Positions 19,522 to 29,202 are shown, counted from the first letter of the stretch. The stretch is DNA of 64,000 nucleotides from an uncultured Alphaproteobacteria bacterium (GCA_963770385.1 CAVYPJ010000001.1:1168750-1232749), one strand, 5' to 3'. Numbers and translations are program-made. Notes: a model not told the origin generated them from the letters alone.

Positions 19522-20607
19522 TCAGGCCGATCGCTCCTGCAGCCTGCGACCAAGAATGTCCCGTCTCGCAGTGACCGCGTCGGCCAACAGTTGCAGCGTT
19601 CTTGCGGTGGTGTCCCAATCGATGCAGCCGTCCGTGATGCTCTGGCCATAAGCCAGGGGGGTGCCTGATAGCACGTCCTGCCGGCCCGCGACGAGGTTGC
19701 TCTCGATCATCACGCCCATGATACGCGCGTCGCCGTCGGAAAGTTGGCGCGCAATATCGGCCGCAACCGCAGGCTGGTTCTCCGGCTTCTTGCCGCTGTT
19801 GGCGTGGCTGGTGTCGATCATGATTCGCGGGGCGACGCCGTTGCGCGCGAGTTCCGTGGCGGCGGCTTCGACGCTGGCAGCGTCGTAGTTCGGCTTGGCG
19901 CCCCCGCGCAGGATGATGTGACAGTCCTCATTGCCCGAGGTCGCCGCGATCGCCGAGCGCCCGCCCTTGGTGACCGCCATGAAATGATGGGGATGGGAGG
20001 CCGACTTCACTGCGTCGGCAGCGATGCGGACATTGCCGTCGGTGCCGTTCTTGAATCCGACCGGGCAGGAGAGGCCCGAGGCGAGTTCGCGATGAATCTG
20101 GCTCTCGGTCGTGCGCGCGCCGATCGCCGCCCAGGCAACCAGATCGGCAATGTATTGCGGCGTTGTCAGGTCGAGGAATTCCGCGCCGGCCGGCAGGCCG
20201 ACATTGTTCACCGCCAACAGCACGTTGCGCGCAAGTCGCAGCCCCTTGTTGATGTTGAAGCTGCCGTCGAGATCGGGATCGTTGATCAACCCTTTCCAGC
20301 CGACGATCGTGCGCGGCTTCTCGAAATAGACGCGCATGACGATTTCGAGCCGGTCGGCCAATTGCTCGCGCAGGGTCGCGAGACGTTGAGCATAATCCAC
20401 CGCGGCCTCGGGATCATGGACCGAGCAGGGGCCGACAATGACAAGAAGGCGGTCATCGGTCCCGTGCAGGATGGCATGTATGGCGTTCCGCGCGGCCATC
20501 ACGACACGCGTCGCAGTGAGGCTGCGCGGGACCTCGCGCATCACCTCGTCGGGCGTACTCAGTTCTTTCAGCTCCGTTATTCGTAGATCGTCAGTGGTGC
20601 TCAACAC
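19522..20607 (-). CDS. aroG: Class I 3-deoxy-7-phosphoheptulonate (DAHP) synthase, AroF/G/H type
   Basis: VGPCSVHD, RVYFEKPRT..GWKG, IGARTTESQ, PVGFKNGT, MIDTSHANS, SITDGC; paralogue assignment within aroF/G/H is uncertain. Confidence 0.93.
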   Translation of the reverse strand: MLSTTDDLRITELKELSTPDEVMREVPRSLTATRVVMAARNAIHAILHGTDDRLLVIVGPCSVHDPEAAVDYAQRLATLREQLADRLEIVMRVYFEKPRTIVGWKGLINDPDLDGSFNINKGLRLARNVLLAVNNVGLPAGAEFLDLTTPQYIADLVAWAAIGARTTESQIHRELASGLSCPVGFKNGTDGNVRIAADAVKSASHPHHFMAVTKGGRSAIAATSGNEDCHIILRGGAKPNYDAASVEAAATELARNGVAPRIMIDTSHANSGKKPENQPAVAADIARQLSDGDARIMGVMIESNLVAGRQDVLSGTPLAYGQSITDGCIDWDTTARTLQLLADAVTARRDILGRRLQERSA

Positions 20608-20645
20608 GGCGGGCTCCTGAGGGTTGTTGAGGACCTGCCGGCAAT

Positions 20646-20670
20646 AAAAAAGCCGCCAGGTCTGGCGGCT
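20646..20670 (-). terminator. Attenuator terminator upstream of the DAHP synthase gene
   Basis: Minus strand AGCCGCCAG-AC-CTGGCGGCT followed by a T run. Confidence 0.85.
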
Positions 20671-20694
20671 CTTCGGATGTCTTGCTGCAATTCT

Positions 20695-20775
20695 TCAGAT
20701 TGAGCGCGATCCTCCTGCCGCCAGCGAGCTGTCGTAGCTAAAGTACCAAAAATAGCTGGTGGCGACGGTGATCAT
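20695..20775 (-). CDS. Leader peptide MITVATSYFWYFSYDSSLAAGGSRSI (aromatic amino acid attenuator)
   Basis: Y-F-W-Y-F-S-Y cluster; the downstream CTGGCGGC is complementary to the 5' arm of the terminator. Confidence 0.8.
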   Translation of the reverse strand: MITVATSYFWYFSYDSSLAAGGSRSI

Positions 20776-20843
20776 GGGCGCTGTATAGCGCAGGCTCTTC
20801 GGTTTGTCATCCCCAAATCGGCCTCGCATGCAATCCAGAGGGA

Positions 20844-21428
20844 TCAAGCATTGCGCGCGGCCAGCGCCATGCCGATCAGCGTCGCGCCGCCGAACAGCAG
20901 GTTGATGCCGACGAGCAGGCCGATCGCCCAGAGCGCGGAGCCCGGCAAGCCCGAAATGATGATCCCGGCAATCGCGATGTCCATGAGACCGGCGACCAGG
21001 AGCCACGACCAGCGGCCCGTCAATTCGCGGCGATGCTCCAGTGCGTACATCACGGTGGCGACGCCTTCGGCGAGGAAATAGACCCCGACCACGATGGTCA
21101 GCGTCAGCGTGCCCTGGACCGGTTGGACCAACAGGATGATGCCTGCCCCGATCGCCAGCACCGCCGACAACAGCGACCACCAAAAGCCCGGCATGCCACG
21201 CGCCCAGAACGTCAGCGCTAACCCCGCGATGCCGCTGATCAGAAACATCCAGCCAAGAAAGATCGTGACCGCAAGGCTTGCGAGCGGCGGCACGATCATT
21301 GCGGCCAGGCCCAGGATCGCAAGCAAGATGCCCTCGATCAGGAACGCCTTCCAATGCGCACGCACCGTGGCGCCCACTTCGGATTGCAATTTGCTGATGT
21401 TCGGATCGGTGTCTTGGGGAAGGGTCAT
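20844..21428 (-). CDS. HdeD/DUF308 family membrane protein
   Basis: Repeated TM pairs, FLGWMFLISG, LLVGINLLFGG. Confidence 0.85.
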   Translation of the reverse strand: MTLPQDTDPNISKLQSEVGATVRAHWKAFLIEGILLAILGLAAMIVPPLASLAVTIFLGWMFLISGIAGLALTFWARGMPGFWWSLLSAVLAIGAGIILLVQPVQGTLTLTIVVGVYFLAEGVATVMYALEHRRELTGRWSWLLVAGLMDIAIAGIIISGLPGSALWAIGLLVGINLLFGGATLIGMALAARNA

Positions 21429-21479
21429 TGGAGATCTCCCGATACTGGCTACGCCGGCTGATGTCTCAACCGGTCTATC

Positions 21480-22526
21480 CTATCCGTGCCCTGCCGCCGA
21501 CGAAAAGCCTTCGCCCGCAGTTCGCATCCGGTTGCGGCCAAAGAAATAAACCCCTGTTGTGACAAGAAGAAGCGCGCAGCCGAGCAGGATCGCGATCAAG
21601 CCGATGGGAACGAGCACCCGTGCCACATGGCGGTCGGGATTGAGCAGCCAGTTATGGATCGAGGTCAACACGAAGGCGAGCCCGATGAAGCCGGCGCCGC
21701 CACCCGCGACCACGAGCGCCCACATCCGTCTGAGCTGGCTCAGCCGTTCACGGGCGAGATCGGTGCGAGGGGCATGGTGACGGGCGACCCGATGCACCAG
21801 TCGCGCAGCAAAGGCGATAGAGGCGAAGCCGATCACGACGCTGCTCGCGCCGAGCCACAGGCGGGTCGATGGGTCGAGATCCCCGCCACGCTGCAGCATC
21901 AGCAGCGGGAAATCGAAGCCGGCGTGCAGGCCGACAGGTCCCATCAGGATCAGGATCCGAGTCGAGATACGCGCCCAATCGCGGTTATGCCGGTTGGCGC
22001 CAAGCGCGGTGCTTGACCGGGCGATGGCGAGATAGGCGCCCGCGATGACGCCGAGTGCGCCGTGGAACGGCACGGTCAGGACGCTGCGCAGCGCAGCCAG
22101 CGCGCGCCACATATCACTGTGCTGTTCGAGATAGGCAAGGTTCTCGTAGGCGGCGAAGCCGAGCCCCACGGCCGCGCCATAGACCACCGTGTCCATGGGA
22201 TCGCCGAGCGGGCGGCGCGCCGCCGACAACGCCGACACCGCGATGATCGCGAGGACCTTGACCGTCTCCTCCGGCAGCGCGATCCCAAAAACCGCGTGCA
22301 CCAACTGCTCGAGCCAGGGATTCCCGGGCATGGCGAGCAGGCGATTGAATGGCGCGCGGACCAAGCCCAACAGCGAAATGCTGGCGGCGCCCAGCAGGAA
22401 AGCTGTCCAGACCTTGACGGGCGGACCGGATCGGTCGCCGGCCGCGACCACCAGCCACAAAATGAGCAAAGCGGGCGCGATCGCCGCGGTTCCGATCACC
22501 GTCGGGAGGGATGCAAGCAGGTTCAT
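21480..22526 (-). CDS. PrsW family intramembrane glutamic protease
   Basis: LPEETVK, GLGFAAYEN, PFHG and GLHAGFD motifs. Confidence 0.88.
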   Translation of the reverse strand: MNLLASLPTVIGTAAIAPALLILWLVVAAGDRSGPPVKVWTAFLLGAASISLLGLVRAPFNRLLAMPGNPWLEQLVHAVFGIALPEETVKVLAIIAVSALSAARRPLGDPMDTVVYGAAVGLGFAAYENLAYLEQHSDMWRALAALRSVLTVPFHGALGVIAGAYLAIARSSTALGANRHNRDWARISTRILILMGPVGLHAGFDFPLLMLQRGGDLDPSTRLWLGASSVVIGFASIAFAARLVHRVARHHAPRTDLARERLSQLRRMWALVVAGGGAGFIGLAFVLTSIHNWLLNPDRHVARVLVPIGLIAILLGCALLLVTTGVYFFGRNRMRTAGEGFSSAAGHG

Positions 22527-22789
22527 CGCAAGGGCAGATATGCCAGTTCCCAAGTTTTTCTACTGTAGCGTGGCGGATGCACATGCAAGAAACGCGACGC
22601 ACGAATGGCGACGCGTCGCCGCACGCGATGCACCAAAATCGCGTTGCCTGGGCGAGATGCCAAAACGGGAATCACCATCGCGCTTCTTGGTTCATTGAGA
22701 ACCTGCGCGCAACGCATTCCGCCTTTGTCGTCATGGAAAAATCGCCGCGCATCCATCGGGCCGTAGCTCGAGGGCCGCGCTTTTACGGA

Positions 22790-23089
22790 CTAGCAGCCGC
22801 GGCAGATACCGTTCATCCTCGCGAGCATTGCCGTATCGTCGCTGCTGGATGAACCCGTGCTGCTCATTTCACTGCTTTGTGGCGTGGAAAGAGGCCGTGC
22901 CGTCGGTTTGGGCAACGGGATCGGATAGGTCGCAATCGGCGGGTTGATCTTGTCGTAGCAAGTGAGCCGGGTGGCGGGGTCTGTGATCGTCTTGCAGTCC
23001 GGCGTCTGGGCGAACGAAACTCGGCAACCCAGAACTTGGCAGCCCAGACTCAGCGCGCAGGCGGTGACGAGCGGCAGGAACGATCTCAT
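22790..23089 (-). CDS. Small secreted protein (C-x9-C N-terminal pair, C-terminal GICRGC)
   Basis: Signal peptide, CKTITDPATRLTCYD, terminal ICRGC. Confidence 0.7.
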   Translation of the reverse strand: MRSFLPLVTACALSLGCQVLGCRVSFAQTPDCKTITDPATRLTCYDKINPPIATYPIPLPKPTARPLSTPQSSEMSSTGSSSSDDTAMLARMNGICRGC

Positions 23090-23285
23090 TTCAGCCCCCA
23101 GTTTGTCATATCAACGTTTCGCAATGGCAAGGGGGCGTACCAGAATTACGAGTTGGATCAAAGCGTTCTTGAACGTTCTGAAAGCGGATCGCTTGCCTTG
23201 GTGGTCCGGTTTCATACAGCGGGGCGGGGAACAAAATGCGTCGATGTCGGCTATTCGGTGATCGCCAAAGTAGGAGGCAGCCCGC

Positions 23286-23516
23286 TTGATCCCAAGATTG
23301 CTCGGAGCAGAAACGCACACGCGATCAGTCCTTAAGGCGGTCAGTTGGCGGACGCTTGGAACTGTCGACACTTTCTTTATCAGTTGGTTCATGACGGGGA
23401 AGATGCATATCGCCGGGTCGATCGCCCTTCTCGAGGTCGTCACCAAGATCGCCTGGTACTACCTGCACGAGCGGGTCTGGGCCGCCATCCGCTGGGGCCG
23501 GCGTCACCACCACTGA
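23286..23516 (+). CDS. DUF2061 domain membrane protein
   Basis: RSVLKAVSWRTLGT and YYLHERVW..IRWG signatures. Confidence 0.88.
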   Translation: MIPRLLGAETHTRSVLKAVSWRTLGTVDTFFISWFMTGKMHIAGSIALLEVVTKIAWYYLHERVWAAIRWGRRHHH

Positions 23517-23541
23517 TCGTGACTGCCGGCAAACACCGGCG

Positions 23542-23841
23542 TCAATTGGGAGATGCGGCCTTTGCGGAGGCCGATCCGGCCTTGGCCTTTGTCTTTGCGG
23601 CCGGCGCGCGTGCGGTGGGGGCTTTCGGCGCGTCGTTGCTGCGAACGGTGCCCCAGGGATCGCTCGACCCTTTGTCTGGAATGCTGCCCAGCGAACGCTG
23701 ATAGGCACGCTGGGCGGCCGTATCGGCATCCTTCTGGACTTGCGTCTTCTCCTTGTCCTCCTCGCCATATTGGGGAACGTTCTGGGCGTGGGCAAGGCTG
23801 ACGAGAGACACTGTTATCGCCGCAGCAAGGAAAACGCGCAT
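23542..23841 (-). CDS. Small secreted hypothetical protein
   Basis: Signal peptide MRVFLAAAITVSLVSLAHA; DPWGTVR; Ala/Lys-rich tail. Confidence 0.7.
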   Translation of the reverse strand: MRVFLAAAITVSLVSLAHAQNVPQYGEEDKEKTQVQKDADTAAQRAYQRSLGSIPDKGSSDPWGTVRSNDAPKAPTARAPAAKTKAKAGSASAKAASPN

Positions 23842-23973
23842 CTGTTTGCTCCGTTGGTGATCCGGAAAATAACCCAAGAGCGCCCTGCAACCAAAGGGTA
23901 AAGTGCTCTTAGGACAAGGATCTCAGACAGCCAAAGCCGAACCAGATTTGCAAGCTCAGCCCGTCGCGTTACG

Positions 23974-24321
23974 ATGCCGCGCATGCGTTCCAAGAAAACT
24001 GAATTGATCCATTGCCATGACTGTGGCGGCGCGGTCTCGTTTCGCGCGGCAAACTGTCCGCATTGCGGTTCCCTGGAGCCGGGTGGCCCCTATGTCTTCA
24101 ACCGGAAGGAAGCGCGACGCCACAGGATCGAGGAGCGTAATGACCGCAACCTCGTGATCGTCTCCCTGTCATGCGGTCTCATCGGCGCGCTTTATGGCGC
24201 GTCTGGCAGTGCGACCATGTTTGCGGCCGTCGTTGCCGGGCTGGTCTATGGGCTCATCGGCGTGGTGGTCGGCGTTCCCATCGCCTTTGCGATCAACATC
24301 ACGCGCCGTCTGACGGGATAG
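23974..24321 (+). CDS. Zinc-ribbon membrane protein
   Basis: CHDC...CPHC followed by two TM helices. Confidence 0.65.
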   Translation: MPRMRSKKTELIHCHDCGGAVSFRAANCPHCGSLEPGGPYVFNRKEARRHRIEERNDRNLVIVSLSCGLIGALYGASGSATMFAAVVAGLVYGLIGVVVGVPIAFAINITRRLTG

Positions 24322-24345
24322 TTTGCGCTGACGACAGCGCCGAGG

Positions 24346-25584
24346 TTACTTGGCCAGCAGGCGCCGGCAGGCTTCGACATAGACCTCCGCGCCCGTGACA
24401 ATGTCCGCATCAGCGGTGTTCTCGCTCCAATGATGGCTGATGCCGCGGATCGACGGCACGAACAGCATGCCGGCTGGCATGATGGTGGCGAGGATCTGCG
24501 CATCATGACCGGCACCGCTTGGCATGCGCACCGATTTTCCATTGGCGAAGGTCGCGCTCGCGCCTTCGATCGCATCCTGGAACGACTTGTCCATCATTGC
24601 CGGCGCCCCGGTGCGAATGCACTCCACTGCGACGCCGCAGGGGCCTCGCGCAGTCACCTCGTCGGCCGTGCTTTGCAGGAGTTTCTCCAAGCGAGCGATC
24701 ACCGCCGGGTGGTCGTCCCGCATCTGGAACAACATCTCCGCGCGGCCGGGAATGATGCTCGGCGCGCCGGGATCGAGGGTGATGCGGCCGGTGGTCCAGA
24801 CGGTGCGCGGCCCGCAGGCTTTCGGGAAGCGTTCGTCGATCGATACGCAGAATTTCGCCAGCGCCAGGCCCGCGTCCTTGCGGATGTCCATCCGCGTGGT
24901 GCCGGCATGGTTCTGCTCACCGGTGAAGCTGATCTTATATTGCCATATGCCGACGATCGAGGTGACGACACCGATCTTCAGATCATCGCGTTCGAGCGTT
25001 TCGCCTTGCTCGATATGCGCCTCGAGATAGCCGATGTGCCGGCCGCGCTCGGCCTGCAGGCGCGGCCGGCCGGCAAGTCCGACGTTGCTCAACGCGTCGC
25101 GCATCATTCGGCCACTGTTGCTATTGCGGTCGTGTGCGGCGTCGATCTCGGCCTCGGTGACGGCGCCGACATAAGACCTGCTGCCGAGGAAGCTGCCGAA
25201 ATGCCCTTCCTCGTCGCACCAGGCCGCGACTTCAACCGCGCCGTCGATCGACGGGGAGGCATTGAGGACGCGCGCGGCTTCCAGCGCATAGATGACGCCC
25301 AGCGGCCCGTCGAGCCAGCCCGCGTAGTTCTGGCTTTCCAGATGCGAGCCGGCGAGCAGTTTCGGGCCGGGCTTGGCGCTCGAGCCAAGCACATTGCCGA
25401 TGCCGTCAATCGTTGCCGCAAGCTGTGCGTCCGGAAGCTGCTCGGCCAGCCATGTCAGCGACTGCATATGAGGTTCGGAGAAGGTCGGCTTGTGAACGCC
25501 GGTCTTGTAGGTGCCGTAGCCGCGGAGCGTGTTCAGATCGGCGAGGACGCGGGCGCCGTCGGCGCGAAGGTGGCGGTCGGGCAT
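24346..25584 (-). CDS. Zn-dependent hydrolase (allantoate amidohydrolase / N-carbamoyl-L-amino acid hydrolase, M20 family)
   Basis: GSHLES, GWLDGPLG, DEEG, EAHIEQG, NHAGTT, SGAGHDA, GISH; start could be 25614. Confidence 0.9.
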   Translation of the reverse strand: MPDRHLRADGARVLADLNTLRGYGTYKTGVHKPTFSEPHMQSLTWLAEQLPDAQLAATIDGIGNVLGSSAKPGPKLLAGSHLESQNYAGWLDGPLGVIYALEAARVLNASPSIDGAVEVAAWCDEEGHFGSFLGSRSYVGAVTEAEIDAAHDRNSNSGRMMRDALSNVGLAGRPRLQAERGRHIGYLEAHIEQGETLERDDLKIGVVTSIVGIWQYKISFTGEQNHAGTTRMDIRKDAGLALAKFCVSIDERFPKACGPRTVWTTGRITLDPGAPSIIPGRAEMLFQMRDDHPAVIARLEKLLQSTADEVTARGPCGVAVECIRTGAPAMMDKSFQDAIEGASATFANGKSVRMPSGAGHDAQILATIMPAGMLFVPSIRGISHHWSENTADADIVTGAEVYVEACRRLLAK

Positions 25585-25701
25585 GAACGAAGGCTCCGCT
25601 GAGAGTTCGTCCATGGTTGAACCGAAGAGCCCTCGCTCCGGCAAGGCTTTTTTGTGTGCACGCGGGCGACGCCTTGTGTGGCTGGATCCTGTCCACGCGC
25701 C

Positions 25702-26913
25702 TCAAAGAAATGCGATTTCGAGTTTCTTATCCGATTTCGAGATCAGGCGGCAGGCGCGCGAAAGTCCTTCGCTGGCGATGGCGAGCTTGAACTTCAGCGG
25801 AATGTCCGCGGTCGAAAGAACTTCCAGGGTTGCGGATTTGTCGGAAAGCTTGCGGACCGTGCAGTCGAACGACGAGCGTCCGGCGTTGAAGGTGATCTGC
25901 CCCGACTTGAAGACGCGCCGTGTTGCCGGAGATAGCGGTGGCGCGGCGTCGACCCACGCGATCACCTTGTTGCGGCCGGCGTCCTTCGCTGAATACATCG
26001 CGAGGTCCGCACAGCGTAACGTGTCCTCGAAGGGCTGGCCGGAAAAGGCGGCGCCGCCGACGCTGCACGTCACCTGAAGCGGTCCGCACGGTGTCTCCAC
26101 CAGGCTTGCCTGGATCGTGCGGCGTGTCTTTTCGAGCACGGCTATGCCGTCCGCAAGATCCGTGTGAGGCAGCAGGATGCCAAATTCCTCGCCGCCCAGA
26201 CGACCGATGACATCCGAGGCTCTCAGGCTGCTCCGGCAGGCCTGCGCAACGGCTACAAGCGCCGCGTCTCCGATCGCATGGCCGAACCGGTCGTTGATCG
26301 ACTTGAAGTGGTCGATGTCGAAGACGGCGCAAGTCAGCTTGTGACCGTGCCGTTTGGCGAGCGAGGCCAGACGCTCGCCTTCGGACCGAAACCCTCGCCG
26401 CGACAATGTGCCGGTGAGGCTGTCCTGCAGAGTGAGGTTCCGCAGCGTCAGTTCATCGACCGCGATAGCCGCCAGATCCATCAACATTGCGACGGATTCG
26501 TCATTGAATTCACGCGGATTGGTATCCATCGCGCAAAGCGTCCCGACATTCACGCCGGAAATCTTGAGCTGCGCGCCGGCATAGAAGCGGATGAAGGGCC
26601 TGCCGCGGACAAAGACATTGTCAGCAAAACGCGGATCACGATGCGTGTCCGGAACGATCAGAGGTTCGTTCTGGCCGATGGCGAAGTTGCATAATGCAGG
26701 CCGCCGCTCGCGCTCGCGATCTTCAAGGCCGTCGGCGGATTTGAACCACTGCCGGTGACCGTCGATGAAGGTCAGTGTCGACATCGGTACGCGGAAGAGT
26801 TTTCGCGTGAGTGCCGTGATGCGGTCGAAGGCGATCTCGCGCGGCGTATCGAGAATATCGAGCTCCGCAAGCGTCTCGAGGCGACGCTCGTCGTTGTCGT
26901 GATCTGCTAGCAT
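25702..26913 (-). CDS. Diguanylate cyclase with GAF-GGDEF-PilZ-like architecture
   Basis: FDRIT..FCxxAI..IRFYAGA GAF region; DIDHFKSINDRFGH and GRLGGEEF; C-terminal RRVFK..DCTVRKLS PilZ-like region. Confidence 0.88.
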   Translation of the reverse strand: MLADHDNDERRLETLAELDILDTPREIAFDRITALTRKLFRVPMSTLTFIDGHRQWFKSADGLEDRERERRPALCNFAIGQNEPLIVPDTHRDPRFADNVFVRGRPFIRFYAGAQLKISGVNVGTLCAMDTNPREFNDESVAMLMDLAAIAVDELTLRNLTLQDSLTGTLSRRGFRSEGERLASLAKRHGHKLTCAVFDIDHFKSINDRFGHAIGDAALVAVAQACRSSLRASDVIGRLGGEEFGILLPHTDLADGIAVLEKTRRTIQASLVETPCGPLQVTCSVGGAAFSGQPFEDTLRCADLAMYSAKDAGRNKVIAWVDAAPPLSPATRRVFKSGQITFNAGRSSFDCTVRKLSDKSATLEVLSTADIPLKFKLAIASEGLSRACRLISKSDKKLEIAFL

Positions 26914-27308
26914 GGCACAGCTCCGGGGACGGTAGATTCAACCACGGAGGACTTAACGTCGCATTTAAAGCAGCTGCACCGGGAGAGAACGTATGTCGTT
27001 CTCTGTTCGGCGGACGTGCGAGGTATTTCGCTACGGCGGGCAGGTTTACGCAAGTTGCCATGGGCAGCGACGATGGGGCGCGCGGTGAAGGCGATCTGGA
27101 TGGACTCATGAAAGCATTTCAACAGCGCCAAATCCCGCGCAAACCACCTCTCCGTTCGCAGCAAACATGACGGCGCTCGACCAGGATATCGACTTAATCG
27201 GCTGTTCACACTGCGTTGTGGATGCTCGCCGCCGTAAGGCTGGTGTAAGCGGGCTGTTGCAGTATGCGACCGCGTCGTTCTCAGCGGCGTAGACCAAGAC
27301 TTGGAGTA

Positions 27309-27348
27309 CCCCGTCTTTCGTCTGACCCCCGAGAGACGGGGCTTTTTT
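27309..27348 (+). terminator. Rho-independent terminator with no clear upstream CDS
   Basis: CCCCGTCT...AGACGGGG stem followed by CTTTTTT. Confidence 0.6.
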
Positions 27349-27711
27349 GTTCGGGCACATCGGACGGCGTTGCCAAGACAGGCGATCTTCGCTGCTGTTC
27401 GTTTTTAGCATTCGCAGGCAGGCCGACTTTGATCGAAGCGCTTGCGGCCTATCCACTGATCGCGCACGGCAAGTCGGACATTTCGTCGCCATTTTGCGGA
27501 CACAAGCGGCCAGCGCCGGTCCAGCCTGATTAAAACTGTTGGCGCACCAAGTGTGACCGGAGAGCATTGTAGGGTATTGAAAAGCCATATCTTTTCGGAG
27601 CGGCGACGCGAGCGCCGCAAGAGAAATAAAAGTTGATTGTATAACTCCAAAATTTGGCTTGATTTCTGCCGTTCTCTTTAGCGTGAGGCGTTTTTCAAGG
27701 GTGGATGAGCA

Positions 27712-27888
27712 ATGACTGATCAACAGTTGGCGCTTCAGGCCGTTAGTGAAGCGCAGCGCATACTTGAGGAATACCTTCAGCCCCGACCCAATAACAACGA
27801 ACGCATTCTCGACAAGTTAGTGGAAGTTCTCGAGCGGCCCGATTTGCTGGTCGCTGTCAATCGATTGCAGCAACGGAACAGTATGTGA
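27712..27888 (+). CDS. Small hypothetical protein, 58 aa (MTDQQLALQAVSEAQRILEEYL...), below the ORF-track cutoff
   Basis: Read manually; amphipathic helical pattern; the stop overlaps the next start (ATGTGA). Confidence 0.6.
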   Translation: MTDQQLALQAVSEAQRILEEYLQPRPNNNERILDKLVEVLERPDLLVAVNRLQQRNSM

Positions 27889-28316
27889 GTACTCAGATGA
27901 CGAAGCAACTTCGTCCAATCGCTTTGGTCGCTTGCATTGCTACGCTCTCATCAATATCGACGCCGTCCGCGCAGGCTAAGCAACAATGCCGTGCGGCGAT
28001 GCCGTCAGATCCACACGGGGAGTGGTGGTCCTACCGTCTCATTGATGGCCGAAAATGCTGGTACGAAGGCAAGCCCATGCTTTCGAAATCACTGTTGGAA
28101 TGGCCCGGGCAGACATCGGCCAAGCCGGATTCCAGTGTAGCACTTGCAAGCGTGCGCACTGACAAGCCGAGCAATCCGATGAATGCACAAGCGCGGGCGC
28201 CGGCTGACGTCGATAGTTTCAACGCGCGATGGCGCGCCAGGGTCGAACAGGCAATCTTGGAAGAGTTGAACGCGAGCGCGGACAGGCCGCGTCGTCCTGC
28301 AGATCGGCGTCTTTGA
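27885..28316 (+). CDS. Secreted hypothetical protein (C...WWSYRLIDGRKCWY)
   Basis: Signal-like N-terminus and a Cys pair around WSYRLIDG. Confidence 0.6.
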   Translation: MSTQMTKQLRPIALVACIATLSSISTPSAQAKQQCRAAMPSDPHGEWWSYRLIDGRKCWYEGKPMLSKSLLEWPGQTSAKPDSSVALASVRTDKPSNPMNAQARAPADVDSFNARWRARVEQAILEELNASADRPRRPADRRL

Positions 28317-28723
28317 ACAAGACAACCGCCGCCAATGATCCGGGACTAAGATCGACGCCGCACCTCAGAGCGAGCGGCAGAGGCGCTACGCCAGCGAAGC
28401 AAAAACGCAAGCGCCATGGCGACCAGCATGATCCAGGTGCCAGCGGCAAGCACTCGGGAGACCATGCTCCTTCTTCGCATCGCACCGTCCCAATGCACAT
28501 CGACAGCAGAGCGTAGGCCAGCACCCTTTGATCTCGCAGGAGAGTGGTGACACCGCGGCACGGCCGTGACGAGCCTATTTTGCGCTTGAGCGCGCGGCAA
28601 CGAACTTCCGCTGTTAAGCTTGATACGGCCCAGGCAGGTTAATCCTGGAACTGCCGCGCAGCCAAATAACCTCAATGCCAGCAACGTGTTGCTCATCGCG
28701 CAAATTGCTCGCATGACACTTCC

Positions 28724-28807
28724 ATGCTTGCAGAACATTTTTCTTTTATCGCGGCAGCGGCGGCGGTGATCTGTCTCTTGGCGTTCGCTGCCGACGCAAG
28801 TGGCTAG
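28724..28807 (+). CDS. Possible 27-aa hydrophobic peptide MLAEHFSFIAAAAAVICLLAFAADASG
   Basis: Read manually; single hydrophobic helix; no strong RBS. Confidence 0.3.
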   Translation: MLAEHFSFIAAAAAVICLLAFAADASG

Positions 28808-29202
28808 AGGCCGTTCAAGCGTCCGCTCATTGTCTCCGAAGTAGCAAAGTTCAATTGCAGATTAGTCTTGAAATGATCAGCTTATCCGTTTCGCGAGCAA
28901 CTCCACTCTTCATTGCGAGCCTCGTTGTCATTGGTCTGCTGGAGCCTTTTCGTTGTGAACGAGATCTACGTCGGTGCCGAACGGGACACTCACATCACCA
29001 CTGCCATCGCGGCAGCCGCAGCGGGCGCACGCGTTACGGCTACCGAGCCCAGATTGTAGAACTCTCGCCAGGCATGGTGAGCGTAACCATTGCGATCGGC
29101 GACATCGGTGCGCGGATCAACGGACTTGTCCCCGCATCAAACGCAACCAGCGCGAGCGGCGCTGGGTTGGTTTCCAGGAGCCGGCCAGAGACGCGAGACC
29201 GG

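Noticed and set aside
19104-23089. ICRGC microproteins as extra substrates of the YcaO enzyme (they share CRGC with the precursor core)
   Set aside because: They lack the acidic EEEIADVSL leader, have only a terminal CxxC and lie about 40 kb away; the similarity is too short to be meaningful.
26953-26968. CtrA box upstream of the diguanylate cyclase (and a weaker one near 30410)
   Set aside because: The half-sites are spaced 8 nt rather than 7, or carry two mismatches; too weak to call.
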